NCBI GenBank assembly: GCA_963796685.1
Contig: CAWCMR010000025.1
Coordinates: 608,001 to 672,000 of the forward strand
From: an uncultured delta proteobacterium
GTDB taxonomy: Bacteria > Myxococcota_A > Polyangia > Fen-1088
DNA: 64,000 bases
Direction of reading: 5' to 3'
The notes beneath the pieces were generated by a model. The model searched no databases. It was not told the DNA's origin and saw only the letters and a program-made list of their open reading frames with translations. Below, in pieces: positions 18,445 through 28,639 of the stretch; within the stretch, counting starts at the first letter, position 1, and every line of letters begins with the position of its first letter. A program made the translations under genes and the position numbers.

Positions 18445-20519
18445 GTCGAGTAGCCAGGGGAGGTTACCCTCCCCCAGCTCTCACAGAACCGGACTTGTGG
18501 GCCTCACATCCGGCTCTTCGGGACGCTGGCGTTCGGGAGCGACCCGTAGTCCAGCGCCGGCATTGCTGCCCGCAGCTATCCTGGCTCCAGGGCCGGGTCC
18601 ATGAAGTCCAAGGCGTGATGGTCCTTCCACCGCTCGGCCAGGCTGACAAGCCCGCGTTCGGCAAAATATGCGTTGCGCAGTCCTCGTTCAACTACCGATG
18701 TGTGGCTCAGCGCCCACCAGGAGCGATGCCCCTTGTAGACCCCTTGCCACGCGGTTTTCGGTCTCACCCCCAGGCTGATGAGGTGTCGTGCGATGAAGCG
18801 TCTGCGTTTCCAGTGCCGTAGCACTATCGCTCGCAGCCGCCGCCTGATGTGTGCGTCGAGTGCCTGCAGCGTCCGCTCTTCCGCGGCCGTGCAGATACAG
18901 AAGAAGCCGATCCATCCGAGCAAATACGCGTTGACCTGTTTGATGCAGCCCTTGAGGGACTGCCCAAGGTTTCGCGGCGTCAGCTCTCGGACCTTCTCGT
19001 CAATGCGGCTTTTGCTCCGCGCCGACGGCAGCACCTCCGCTTCCCCCGTCAGCGGCTCGCGCCGCAGCCGGAATCCCAGAAAGTGCCGCTCTTCCGGTCG
19101 GGCCACCGCGCTCTTGGCCAAGTTCACCTTCAACCGCATCCGGCCTTCGATGAACTTGACCACGCTGGCCATCACACGCTGACCCGAGCGCTCGCTTCCG
19201 ACGTAGATGTTGCAGTCGTCCGCATAGCGCACGAAGCGGTGACCGCGTTGGGCAAGCTCGCGGTCGAGCTCGTCCAGCACGATATTGCTCAGTAACGGCG
19301 AAAGCGGACCACCTTGTGGCACTCCTTCTTCCGTCGCCACCACCACTCCGTCGGGCATCACCACCTTGGCTTTCAGCATCTGCCAGATGAGCTCGATGAG
19401 CCGCCGGTCCTTAACCCTCTGTTCTAGCCGCGCCACCAGCCGTTGCCAGTGGACCCGGTCAAAGAACTTTTCCAGGTCGAGGTCGACCACCCATTCGTAC
19501 CCTTCCTCCAGATACTGCTTGGCCTCGGCGATGGCCGTGTGACAGCTGCGCCCAGGTCGGAAACCGTGGCTCGACGGGTGAAACGTCGGCTCATAATGCG
19601 GACCGAGCACTTGGTGCACGGCCTGCTGAACCACGCGGTCCACCACGTTCGGTATGCCAAGGCCCCGCCGCCCGCCACCGCTCTTCGGTATCCATACCCG
19701 CCGGATGTCTCCGACTCGGTATGTCCCGTCGAGCAGCGACCGCGACAGCGCCGGTATCAGCGTCCCCAACCCCTTCGCCACTTCCCCCACGCTTTGCCGG
19801 TCCGGTCCAGGTGCGCCTTTGTTGGCCTTCACTTGCTCGAACGCTCTTTTCAGGTTTCCTTCGCTCGCTACCTCCTCCATCGTCATGGGCGGCAAGGTCC
19901 TCTCTTCCTCGTTCCCCGACTTCGGCACCTCGCTCCGCGCAGGCACGGGTTGGCCCGGATCCGCTTGGGCGGTGGTCCCTTTCGGGTTGTCGGCTGTCTC
20001 GGGAAACAGTCCGAGCTGCCTTGCCTCTTTGCTGGCCGTGGTCGCCTTCCCTCCCCGCCTTCTGGCGGTTGGAACCGGCTTTCGCCGGCCTTCCGGTATT
20101 ACGCGACCATCCGACTCCTCTTGTCCCTTCTTCATCTCGTCCTTTCGTTCTCGATGAATTCCGCTTGCGATTCCTCGCCGCGGAGGCCAAGAGGTCTCTC
20201 CGGGTAAGAACGCAGAACTTCGCACCGACTCCGTCGCCACTACGCGGGCCGCCCGACGAATATTGGGCTTTGCCGCCGAAGGCCAGCTTGCCCAGCGGTA
20301 CCCACGCCTTACGGCGCTTCACTTTCGTTCGGTTCGGCGCTGCACCATAGACTTCCACCAGACACCTCCTCGCGGGAGACGGGCCTTGCGGCCCGTCTGG
20401 CCTGGTGCTCCAGACCGGCGCCCTTGTCTCGTAGGTGGGAGGTTCCCTCCGTCAGGGTCCCCAGAGGACTTGGCTATTTCATGGCTTCACCTCTTGTTCT
20501 GCGTCCATGCCGGACGCAC
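18445..20519 (-). mobile_element. Group II intron (IIC-like), full length
   Basis: 5' end GTGCGTCCGGCATGG at 20519. Short domain V GAGCCGGATGTGAGGCCCACAAGTCCGGTTC at 18516-18486. Domain VI ends ...CTACTCGAC at 18445. Removing the intron restores the repeat seen at 11777-11852. Confidence 0.93.
18576..20135 (-). CDS. ltrA: Group II intron reverse transcriptase/maturase (no HNH endonuclease)
   Basis: 'KGAPGPD', 'R.LGIP.V.DR..QQA', 'S.GFRPGRS', 'DLEKFFD', 'G.PQGGPLSPLL.NI', 'RYADD', 'FLGF', maturase X domain. Start at 20135 (RBS AAAGGA) or 19886. Confidence 0.95.
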   Translation of the reverse strand: MKKGQEESDGRVIPEGRRKPVPTARRRGGKATTASKEARQLGLFPETADNPKGTTAQADPGQPVPARSEVPKSGNEEERTLPPMTMEEVASEGNLKRAFEQVKANKGAPGPDRQSVGEVAKGLGTLIPALSRSLLDGTYRVGDIRRVWIPKSGGGRRGLGIPNVVDRVVQQAVHQVLGPHYEPTFHPSSHGFRPGRSCHTAIAEAKQYLEEGYEWVVDLDLEKFFDRVHWQRLVARLEQRVKDRRLIELIWQMLKAKVVMPDGVVVATEEGVPQGGPLSPLLSNIVLDELDRELAQRGHRFVRYADDCNIYVGSERSGQRVMASVVKFIEGRMRLKVNLAKSAVARPEERHFLGFRLRREPLTGEAEVLPSARSKSRIDEKVRELTPRNLGQSLKGCIKQVNAYLLGWIGFFCICTAAEERTLQALDAHIRRRLRAIVLRHWKRRRFIARHLISLGVRPKTAWQGVYKGHRSWWALSHTSVVERGLRNAYFAERGLVSLAERWKDHHALDFMDPALEPG

Positions 20520-20560
20520 CTCCCCGCTTCGCTTCGCTACGCGGGGCGAGGTTTTTCAGG
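20520..20560 (-). repeat. 5' part (hairpin) of the palindromic repeat (5' exon of the intron)
   Basis: Minus strand reads CCTGAAAAACCTCGCCCCGC-GTAGCGAAGCGAA-GCGGGGAG, matching 11777-11808 with a longer loop. Confidence 0.85.
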
Positions 20561-20600
20561 TCAGGGTTTCCATATCGGTGATCTGGTATAGACAAACGTC

Positions 20601-20951
20601 ATGGACACCGCCCCATCGCTTGTCGACGAGCTTCGCGCATTCGTTGCCGAGCGCGACTGGAGTCAGTTCCACGATCCCAAGAACCTGGCCATGCTGCTGG
20701 CCTCGGAGGCCGGCGAGCTTCTGGCCGAATACCGCTGGGTGCGAAACGACCAGGCCGACGCCTTCTCGCACGAACCCGAGGCCCGCCAGCGCATCGCCAA
20801 CGAGATTGGCGACGTCGGCATCGCGCTCATGCTGCTCTGTGACCGCACCGGGATCGATCTGCGGGCGGCCATGCGCGACAAGCTGGCGAGAAATCGAATT
20901 CGCTACCCCGTGGAACAGTCGAGGGGCCGGGCCACCCGGCCGGTGGGCTGA
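20601..20951 (+). CDS. MazG-like nucleotide pyrophosphohydrolase (dCTP pyrophosphatase 1 type)
   Basis: 'F.AERDW.QFH.PKNLA.....EAGEL', 'E.GDV', 'K...N..RYP'. Confidence 0.92.
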   Translation: MDTAPSLVDELRAFVAERDWSQFHDPKNLAMLLASEAGELLAEYRWVRNDQADAFSHEPEARQRIANEIGDVGIALMLLCDRTGIDLRAAMRDKLARNRIRYPVEQSRGRATRPVG

Positions 20952-20981
20952 GCGCTGCGAGCGGTCATCCTGCCACGAACC

Positions 20982-20997
20982 TGGCACCCTTCTTGAA
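20982..20997 (+). promoter_or_regulatory. Weak sigma54-like promoter candidate
   Basis: TGGCACCCTTCTTGAA has a perfect -24 box, but GA replaces GC at -12. It lies about 40 bp upstream of ATG 21037. Confidence 0.3.
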
Positions 20998-21036
20998 GAC
21001 TAGGAGTATGCTTCCATCAACCGCAAGGAGTTACAA

Positions 21037-21957
21037 ATGAGGTCATCCGCGATGACTCCCAGATTCCGCGTCTTTTCCTTCATGACTCTAGCCGGGGCAT
21101 CTGTGCTGGTTTTTCACAGTGCCGCCTTTGCGCAACAGGCGGAGCCGGCAGCCAAGGACGCCAGCACGACCAAGCCCGAGGCGACCAAGGCCGAGGCGAC
21201 CAAGGCCGAGGCGACCAAGCCGGAAGCGGCGGCTGAAGCCGGAACCAAGCAACAGCCGGCCCAGGAATTGCCGCCCGAGTACGGCCCACCGCCCGGCTAT
21301 CGCCACGGACCGCCAGCGCCGCCGCCGCCGCCACCCGGATACGGTCCCTACTACCATGAGTACTATGGACAGCCCGGATACCCACCGCCGCCACCACCCC
21401 GCTACTACCGATCGCGCTACTACCAGCCCGCGCCCCCGATGCGCTATTACCAGGAGCCTGAAACGTATCGGCCGTTCTTCTTCGGTTTCGGCCTGGGCGT
21501 CGGTGGGGTCGGCATCATCTTCAACGACACCAGCCAGAACAGCAATGCCTCCCGCGCGGGCCTCGGCTACAACCTGCGCTTCGGCTTCGGGGTTTCGCCC
21601 CGCTGGTCGATCCTCCTGTCCGCGGACGGCGCGCAAGCCTATTTCTACGGTTCCAGCGTGACCGAGACTGCGTGGACCATCGGGCCGCAAGTGTTCATCA
21701 CGCGCCAGCTTTACGCCCGAGCCGGCGTGGGTGCCGCGACCTACTCGGAAGATGCCGGCAACTGCGATAGCTACGGCAACTGCTATGACGGCAGCGCAAG
21801 CGATTCGGGCATGGCCGGCACCGCGGCCATCGGGTTCGAATTCATGCAGCACTACCACACCGCGCTGGCTCTGGAGGCCGCGGGCACCATCGGCTATTTC
21901 CCCAACAAAGATAAAGTGAGCACCTTCGGATTAAACTTCGTGCTCAATCTGTTCTAG
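21037..21957 (+). CDS. Secreted Pro/Tyr-rich protein with C-terminal outer-membrane beta-barrel-like domain
   Basis: RBS AAGGAG, signal peptide ending AFA, EATKA repeats, Pro-rich linker, alternating beta strands ending in Phe. Confidence 0.7.
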   Translation: MRSSAMTPRFRVFSFMTLAGASVLVFHSAAFAQQAEPAAKDASTTKPEATKAEATKAEATKPEAAAEAGTKQQPAQELPPEYGPPPGYRHGPPAPPPPPPGYGPYYHEYYGQPGYPPPPPPRYYRSRYYQPAPPMRYYQEPETYRPFFFGFGLGVGGVGIIFNDTSQNSNASRAGLGYNLRFGFGVSPRWSILLSADGAQAYFYGSSVTETAWTIGPQVFITRQLYARAGVGAATYSEDAGNCDSYGNCYDGSASDSGMAGTAAIGFEFMQHYHTALALEAAGTIGYFPNKDKVSTFGLNFVLNLF

Positions 21958-21966
21958 TGTTGAGGG

Positions 21967-23345
21967 GTGGCGCACAGACTGGTCCCTCGGTTCCCTCCAA
22001 ACCTGGAAGCCTCCTTGCGTCACCTCCCAGGACGACGCCTAGCGTGCCCGTTTCTGCTGGGTGTCGTCCTTTTATTCGACGGCTGCATGGGACATGTGCC
22101 ACAGCCGCCCGTGCCCGAGGGCTGCGGGTCGGACAAGGACTGCAAGCTCGACCGCGTGTGCGAAGCCAACCGCTGCGTGTGGCCGCGGCGACCCGCCGAG
22201 GTGACGACGAAGCCCGCACGCCCGGCGGCCCCGGTCGGGGCGGCACAGGAAGCCAGGCCAACCGGCCCGCCCGCGCAAGGCATGTTCCGCTTCGATCCGC
22301 GCCATCGCGGCCGATCGCCCTTCCTGTTGCCCAAACAGAAACCCGACATTCTCTGGACCCTGGAGACCCCCGCGCCCGTGACCTCGTCTCCGACGGTCTT
22401 CGCCGATGGCCGTGTGCTGGTGGGCAGTCACAGCGGCATGGTCGTCGCGCTGGGAGGCGAGGGCAAGCCCGCCTGGACCTTCTTGGCCGCCGATTCTCGT
22501 GTGGAGCACGCCCGCCATCGCCGCCGACGGCACCGTGTACGTCGGCTCGGACGACGACAACCTGTACGCCCTGGAGGGCAAGACCGGCAAGCTCTTGTGG
22601 AAGTACCGCGTGGGCGCTTGCCAGCAGACCATCGGCATCGGCCCTGAAGCCACCCGCTGCGACGTGGACGCGGGCCCGACTATCGGCCCCGACGGCGCCC
22701 TGTACACCGGCGGCGATGGCATCTACGCCATCAACCCGAACGGAAGTCTACGCTGGCGCTTCGCCACGGGTGGCCACGTGGCAAGCACGCCCGCCCTGGC
22801 CGCCGATGGAACCGTGTACGCTGGCAGCCAGGACAACAGCATTTATGCCATCAATCCGGACGGCCGGCGGCAGTGGGAGTTCCGCGCGCGCGACGACGTG
22901 GATTCGACCCCGGCTATCGAGGAGGACGGCACGATCTACATCGGCTCCGACGATAACCGCCTCTACGCCCTGAGCCCGCAAGGACAGGCTGCTGTGGGCC
23001 TTCACCACCGGCGACGACGTGCGCGCCTCGCCCGCCATCGGGCGCGACGGCACCGTGTATATCGGATCCTACGACGGCCTGCTATACGCGATTCGCCGCG
23101 ACGGCACCCTCTTGTGGGCCTTCCGCACCGGCGATCGAATCCAGTCCTCGGCGCTCGTCGATGGCAACGGCGCCATCCTGGTCGGCTCGCAAGACGACCG
23201 CCTGTACGCCATCGAGCCCGACGGCAAATTGCGTTGGTCGATCGAGCTTGGCGGCGACGTGGACAGCTCGCCCATCATCGCCCCGGATGGCACCATCTAC
23301 GTCGGCTGCGACGACGGCAAGCTGTACGCCCTGCGTGGCAAGTAA
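21967..23345 (+). CDS. PQQ-like beta-propeller lipoprotein, split by two apparent +1 frameshifts (~22495, ~22988)
   Basis: 'SSP.I..DG..Y.GS.D..LYA....G...W' repeats continue across three frames (ORFs 21967, 22406, 23019). Removing one base at each site restores the repeat register. Confidence 0.8.
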
Positions 23346-23356
23346 ACCGAGCGGAT

Positions 23357-24676
23357 TCAGGCGGCGCGCAGGCGTTCCAGCACCGCAGGGTGCGCGCGCA
23401 CGTCGAAGATGACCGCGTCCTCTTGGTAGCGCTCGCCCAGCACCTCGCAGGACGCGAAGATCTCGCCGCGCAGGTGCTGCCTATCGTAGGGCACGCGCAG
23501 CTCGCCCACGATCAGCTCTCGGCCGAAGAAGGCCATCAGGCGTTCGCGCAGGCGCGCCACGTCCTCGGGACGGCGCGCCGACATGGCAAAGGCGTCCGGC
23601 CAGCGCCCGAGCAGCTTCTCGATCGCCGCGGCCTCACTGGGCGCGTCGCCCACACGGTCCATCTTGTTGAAGACAACCAGGCGCGGAATGTCGCCGGCGC
23701 CGATGTCGGCCAGGACCTCACGCGTGACCTCCAGCTGGCGTTCGAACGCCGGATCCGAGGCATCCACCACGTGCACCAGAAGCCCCGCCTCCAGGGCTTC
23801 ATCGAGCGTGCTCTTGAACGAAGCCACCAGGCCGTGCGGCAGCTTGTCGATGAAGCCCACGGTGTCGGAAACCAGGATGCGCGGAAGTGATTCGGGCACC
23901 AGCGTCCGCACCGTGGTGTCGAGCGTCGCGAACAGCTTGTCGGCGACGTACACCTCGCTGCCGGTCAGGGCGCGCATCAGCGTGGATTTTCCGGCGTTGG
24001 TGTACCCCACCAAGGCCACGCGGTTCATGTCGCCGCGTCGGGCTCGCTGCGTGGCTTGCTCCGCCGCCATGGACGAGAGCTCGCCCGTCAGCTCGGCGAT
24101 GCGATCGCGAATCTTGCGCCGATCCAGCTCCAAGCCGGACTCGCCCGCGCCTTTGCCGCCGATGCCACCGCGCTGGCGATCCTTGCCCGCGCCGGTTTCG
24201 CGCATGCGCGGCGCCATGTACTGCAGGCGGACGATTTCGACCTGGGCCTTGGCCACGCGCGAGCGGGCATGGCGGCGGAAGATCTCAAGAATCACGGCCG
24301 TGCGATCCATGACCTCGGCGCCGGTCGCTTTTTCCAGGTTGCGCGCCTGGGAAGGACTGATGTCGTGATCGACCAGCACGACCTTGATGGGCCCGGCATC
24401 GTCGGGCGCGCGCGTCGCCTCGGCTGATTCCTCGTCCGTCGCCACGCCGGTGAGTGCCTGCAGCTCTTGGAGCTTGCCGCTGCCGATCACCGTGCCGGGG
24501 TGAAACGAGGTTCGCCGCTGCGTGAGGGTGGCCGCGACCGCGAGCCCGAGCGTGTGCGCAAGCCGGTGCAGCTCGGCCAGCGAGGCCGCGAAGGCCACAT
24601 CGTCCACGCCTTGCACCTGCACCGCGAGCAAGACCGCGCGCAGCGGCTCGGATTCCCGTTCGGACTGATACGACAT
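23357..24676 (-). CDS. hflX: GTPase HflX
   Basis: 'ILEIF..HA', 'GE..LE.DRR', 'GYTNAGKST', 'LFATLDTT', 'DTVGFI', 'NKMD'. Confidence 0.96.
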   Translation of the reverse strand: MSYQSERESEPLRAVLLAVQVQGVDDVAFAASLAELHRLAHTLGLAVAATLTQRRTSFHPGTVIGSGKLQELQALTGVATDEESAEATRAPDDAGPIKVVLVDHDISPSQARNLEKATGAEVMDRTAVILEIFRRHARSRVAKAQVEIVRLQYMAPRMRETGAGKDRQRGGIGGKGAGESGLELDRRKIRDRIAELTGELSSMAAEQATQRARRGDMNRVALVGYTNAGKSTLMRALTGSEVYVADKLFATLDTTVRTLVPESLPRILVSDTVGFIDKLPHGLVASFKSTLDEALEAGLLVHVVDASDPAFERQLEVTREVLADIGAGDIPRLVVFNKMDRVGDAPSEAAAIEKLLGRWPDAFAMSARRPEDVARLRERLMAFFGRELIVGELRVPYDRQHLRGEIFASCEVLGERYQEDAVIFDVRAHPAVLERLRAA

Positions 24677-24764
24677 AGGCCGCGTAGTATAGGCGACCCT
24701 GACACCTTCGCCCGACCTACTTGCACGGGCCGGTCGCTGGCGACCCGGTCGAGTGGCGGGTCGT

Positions 24765-26264
24765 CTACAGCAGCTGCCCGCGAACCCAGGTCAGCAGATC
24801 GGCGCTGCCCGGGGTGGGCGCCACCGTGCTCGGCAGGTAACGCAACATCCAATGCATGGTCCACACCAGCGTGCCGCCCGCGGGGATTGACTGGTAGAGC
24901 CCCTGCTGCTCGAACTCCTCATAGGTGTTGCTTTGGTCGACGTAGATCTCGACCTCTCGCTCGGTCGGGTTCACGGTTTCATCGGACACGGGGGTGTCGG
25001 TCCACTGCTTGATCAAGATCGGGCTCTTCGCGCCCGAGGCGCAGGTCTTCTTCAGCCCGGTCCCACACACGATGTGCGCCGCCCAGCCTTCCAGACCGTC
25101 GGCGCCGCCCTTCACGTTCGAGGTGTAGCTCGCGGCATTGTCATTGAACCAGACCGCGCCCTGCGACGTGGTGACGGGGAGGATGCTGAAGCTGGCGTCG
25201 CCTTGCTTGATCCAATCATCCCCGTTGGGGAAGAACGAGAGCCCGCCGGGATAGACGCGCGTGATCTCCCAGGGCGCGTTCGACACCGGGGTCGAGTTGG
25301 TGTTGTGGATGGTGTACTCGAGGGTAATCGCTTGGTTGTCGACGTTGCCCCAGTAGCGTTTGGAAATGGAGATTTTGTCGGTCGACCCGACCGGCCCGGT
25401 CATGGTCAGGATGTTGTCTTTCGAGCTCGGCGTGTACGCCGTGCCATCCGCCATCTCGGTCGGCGGCGGCCAATGCCCGCTCGTGTACCAGTCACTCTGC
25501 GGGCTGGTCCAGAACACGGAGCCGTTGCTGGCCGAGTTCTTGACGACGATATCCGTGCCGTCGATGGTGAGGGAGGAGACCATGCCGGTCGAGGAGGCGT
25601 CCACCGCCAAGACCACCGTACCGAGGGTGATGGTCCACATGTTCGACCCGTTGTTGTTGGTCACGGTGGCGGTCGCGGCGAAGGGATCGGCGCACTTGCC
25701 CGAGGCGCAGCTCCCGCCGCGACAATCGCCGTCCACCTTGCAGCTTTGTCCCGCGCCGCACTTCGGGCAGGTCGAGCCGCCACAGTCGTTGTCGGTTTCA
25801 TCGCCGTTCGTCGTGTTGTCCGTGCAACTGATGCCACCACCGACCTCGCCGCCCGAGTCATCGTTCGACGTGACCGTGTCGCCGCCACCGTCTTGATCGC
25901 CCGGGTTGCCGCCGGTCCCACCATCGCGGGGCGAGGTCCCGCCTGTGCCACCGCCCGTCGCCGCGCCACCCGTCCCGCCACTGCCGTCGCCGCCCGTGCC
26001 CGCGGAGCCGCCAGCAGCGCCGCCGGTGGCCCCGGAAGTCCCGCCGACCGCCGTCGCGGATGTGCCCCCGCCGCCGCCGCTCGCGCTCGAGCCACCGCCG
26101 CTGCCACCGCTCGCCTTCGTCGCGCCGCCGGTCCCGCCACCCTGACTGCTGCCACCCGCGCCGCCGCTGCCCGACGGTGGCGGGCTGGAAGACGATGTGC
26201 ATCCGAGCGGCAACACCGACAAGATCAGGAACGCGAACGATAGACGAAGGCTGGTCCTCTGCAT
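24765..26264 (-). CDS. Lipoprotein with Gly-rich linker, Cys-rich module and DUF4380-like domain
   Basis: Lipobox LPLGC, 'NGDETDNDCGG..C..C', 'FW.SPQSDW..WPPP', 'APWEITRV', 'E.EQQG'. Confidence 0.75.
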   Translation of the reverse strand: MQRTSLRLSFAFLILSVLPLGCTSSSSPPPSGSGGAGGSSQGGGTGGATKASGGSGGGSSASGGGGGTSATAVGGTSGATGGAAGGSAGTGGDGSGGTGGAATGGGTGGTSPRDGGTGGNPGDQDGGGDTVTSNDDSGGEVGGGISCTDNTTNGDETDNDCGGSTCPKCGAGQSCKVDGDCRGGSCASGKCADPFAATATVTNNNGSNMWTITLGTVVLAVDASSTGMVSSLTIDGTDIVVKNSASNGSVFWTSPQSDWYTSGHWPPPTEMADGTAYTPSSKDNILTMTGPVGSTDKISISKRYWGNVDNQAITLEYTIHNTNSTPVSNAPWEITRVYPGGLSFFPNGDDWIKQGDASFSILPVTTSQGAVWFNDNAASYTSNVKGGADGLEGWAAHIVCGTGLKKTCASGAKSPILIKQWTDTPVSDETVNPTEREVEIYVDQSNTYEEFEQQGLYQSIPAGGTLVWTMHWMLRYLPSTVAPTPGSADLLTWVRGQLL

Positions 26265-26280
26265 GGCGAGCTCCAAGAGT

Positions 26281-26320
26281 CGTTGAGCCCCGTTGAGCCC
26301 CGTTGAGCCCCGTTGAGCCC
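26281..26320. repeat. Tandem repeat (CGTTGAGCCC)x4
   Basis: Four perfect 10-bp units immediately upstream of the 26264 start codon. Confidence 0.95.
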
Positions 26321-26519
26321 GTGCAGTATACCGCGCACCCGGACATACCGGACGTTTCTTTTCCCCAGGTGCCGGAGCGGGCGGCACCCTTCAGCTTCGG
26401 GCCGGCCGCGGAACAACGAGATCCCGACCGGGCGGCGAACCCGCGCGAGGCAAGGGTGGCCTTTATCGTCGCAGCGCCGGTAGCGGAGTCGCCGAGGACG
26501 TGTATGATCGCGAAAACTT

Positions 26520-28637
26520 ATGACTACATCCAGCGAAAGTGCGACGGCGCGAATCGTCTCGGGCCGGATCAAGCTTCACCCCGACGGCTATGGTTTCGTG
26601 GTTCCGGACGATCGTTCCGAAGACATCCACGTTAGCGTCCGCAACCGCGGCTCGGCCATGGACAGCGATCGCGTCGAGGTCGACTGGTGGGTTGGCGGGC
26701 GTGGGCTCGAAGGCCGCGTGACCCGGGTGCTCGAACGCGGGCGCGGAAAGATCACCGGCCAGCTCGCGGGGCACGGCAACAGCCTGCGCTTCGAACCCGA
26801 CGATGCGCGTATCCAGGCGCAAGTCGTGGTTCGCGGCGGGATCAGTGCGCGCCCCGGCCAGTCCGTGGTCGCCGAGATCGTCGGCTATCCCGAGTCTCCC
26901 CAGGCGCCCATCGAGGTCACGCTGCTCAAGGTTCTGGGCAGCCCCGACGACCCGCGTACCGAGGTCGAGAAGACCCTGGCTTGCGCCGACATCTCCGAGG
27001 AGTTCCCCGCTGCGGTGGTCAGCGAGGTCGGCCAAATTCCGAGCGTCGTGCAGCCAGCGGACTTCCACGACCGAACCGACTTGCGCAAGGTGCCCTTCAC
27101 CACCATCGATCCCGAAACCGCGCGCGACTTCGATGATGCCGTGGCCCTGGAAGAGCTTCCCCGCGGCGGGCATCGCCTGTGGGTCGCGGTGGCCGACGTT
27201 TCCCACTACTTGCGCGAGGGCACCGCCCTCGACCACGAGGCCCAGGCGCGCGGCGTGAGCGTGTACCTGCCGAATCGTGCCATCCCCATGCTGCCCGAGG
27301 CGCTGTCCGGGCACTTGTGCTCGCTGGTTCCCGGCGAGGATCGCCTGGCCATGGTGGTGCGCATCGACTACGACCGTGGCCTGGCCATCACCGAGGTGGA
27401 CTTCTGCGCGGCGGTCATTCACTCGCACGGCCGCCTCGACTACCCCGGCGTGGCGGCGGCCCTGGCCGGCGATGTCCGTGGCAAGCGCAAACACTACGAA
27501 CCTTTCTTGCCCAGCCTGCGCGCCATGGATGCCCTGGCCGGCAAGCTGCGCGTGCGCCGACAAGAGCGCGGGGCGTTGGATTTGGATCTGCCCCAGGTCG
27601 TGGTCGAGCTGGACCACGACGATCCGGCCCTGGTGCGCGATGTGCGCCGCGCCCGCCGCGATCCGGGCGAGCGCCAGGCCTACGCCATGATCGAGGAATG
27701 CATGCTCGCGGCCAACGAGGCCGTGGGCGACAGCTTCCGCGATCGCAACGAGGACACCGCCTGGCGCGTTCACGAAGTTCCCGATGAAGAAAAGGTGGCC
27801 GCCTTCGCCGTGGTGGCCGAGCGCTATGGCATCAAGTTCGACCCGGCGGAGGCCGCAACGCCGCTCGGGCTGGCCGCGGTCCTCAAGCGCTTGCGTGGAC
27901 ACCCGGCGGAAAAGCCGCTGTCCTTTCTGCTTCTGCGCGCGCTCAAACAGGCCACCTACGACGTGGTCAACGTGGGCCACTTCGGCCTGGCCTCGCCCGC
28001 GTACCTGCACTTCACCTCGCCCATCCGCCGCTATCCCGACGTCATCGTGCACCGGTTGCTCAAGCACCGCCTGGCCAGCCTGGGCAAGCCCGCGGGCGGG
28101 TTTGCGCCCATGGCCGCCACGGACATGCCGGCCAGCGAGATCCTGCAACGGGCCTCCACCCACGCCTCGTTCTGCGAGCGCAAGGCCATGGAGGTCGAAC
28201 GCGAGGTGGTGGATCTCTACCGCGCCTTCTTCATGCGCGATCGGGTGGGCGACGTGCTCGAAGGCGCCATCACCGGCGTGACCTCGTTCGGCGTCTTCGT
28301 GGTCATGGACGAGCCCTTCGTCGAGGGTCTGGTGCGCACCGACTACCTGGCGCCCGACGATTTCTACGACTTCGACGAGATCGCGTGTCGCCTCATCGGC
28401 CGCAGGAGCGGCAAGAGCTTTTCCCTCGGCGATCGGGTGAAAGTCGAGGTCCTGCAAGTCAGTGTGGCCCGCCGACGCATCGAACTGCGCCTCGCCGGCG
28501 CCACCGCGCATGGACCACGTGGCAAGCGACAGGACAAGCAACGCGACCGGCCCCAGGACAAGCCCAAACCCGGCCGTCAGGAACGCCGCCAAAAGACTCG
28601 CGGACAGAACCGCCGACGAAGCAAGGCGCGGAAGTAG
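26520..28637 (+). CDS. rnr: Ribonuclease R
   Basis: 'HPDGYGFV', 'TIDPETARDFDDA', 'SVYLP', 'IEE.MLAAN', 'HFGLA...Y.HFTSPIRRYPD', S1 domain, basic tail. Confidence 0.95.
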   Translation: MTTSSESATARIVSGRIKLHPDGYGFVVPDDRSEDIHVSVRNRGSAMDSDRVEVDWWVGGRGLEGRVTRVLERGRGKITGQLAGHGNSLRFEPDDARIQAQVVVRGGISARPGQSVVAEIVGYPESPQAPIEVTLLKVLGSPDDPRTEVEKTLACADISEEFPAAVVSEVGQIPSVVQPADFHDRTDLRKVPFTTIDPETARDFDDAVALEELPRGGHRLWVAVADVSHYLREGTALDHEAQARGVSVYLPNRAIPMLPEALSGHLCSLVPGEDRLAMVVRIDYDRGLAITEVDFCAAVIHSHGRLDYPGVAAALAGDVRGKRKHYEPFLPSLRAMDALAGKLRVRRQERGALDLDLPQVVVELDHDDPALVRDVRRARRDPGERQAYAMIEECMLAANEAVGDSFRDRNEDTAWRVHEVPDEEKVAAFAVVAERYGIKFDPAEAATPLGLAAVLKRLRGHPAEKPLSFLLLRALKQATYDVVNVGHFGLASPAYLHFTSPIRRYPDVIVHRLLKHRLASLGKPAGGFAPMAATDMPASEILQRASTHASFCERKAMEVEREVVDLYRAFFMRDRVGDVLEGAITGVTSFGVFVVMDEPFVEGLVRTDYLAPDDFYDFDEIACRLIGRRSGKSFSLGDRVKVEVLQVSVARRRIELRLAGATAHGPRGKRQDKQRDRPQDKPKPGRQERRQKTRGQNRRRSKARK

Positions 28638-28639
28638 CC

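Noticed and set aside
18576-20240. RT as part of a retron, DGR or defence system
   Set aside because: It has group II maturase features and is enclosed by canonical intron 5' end and domain V/VI sequences.
26281-26320. Tandem repeats as a CRISPR array
   Set aside because: Units are 10 bp with no spacers and there are no cas genes. The 18-bp repeats elsewhere are coding Gly-rich linkers.
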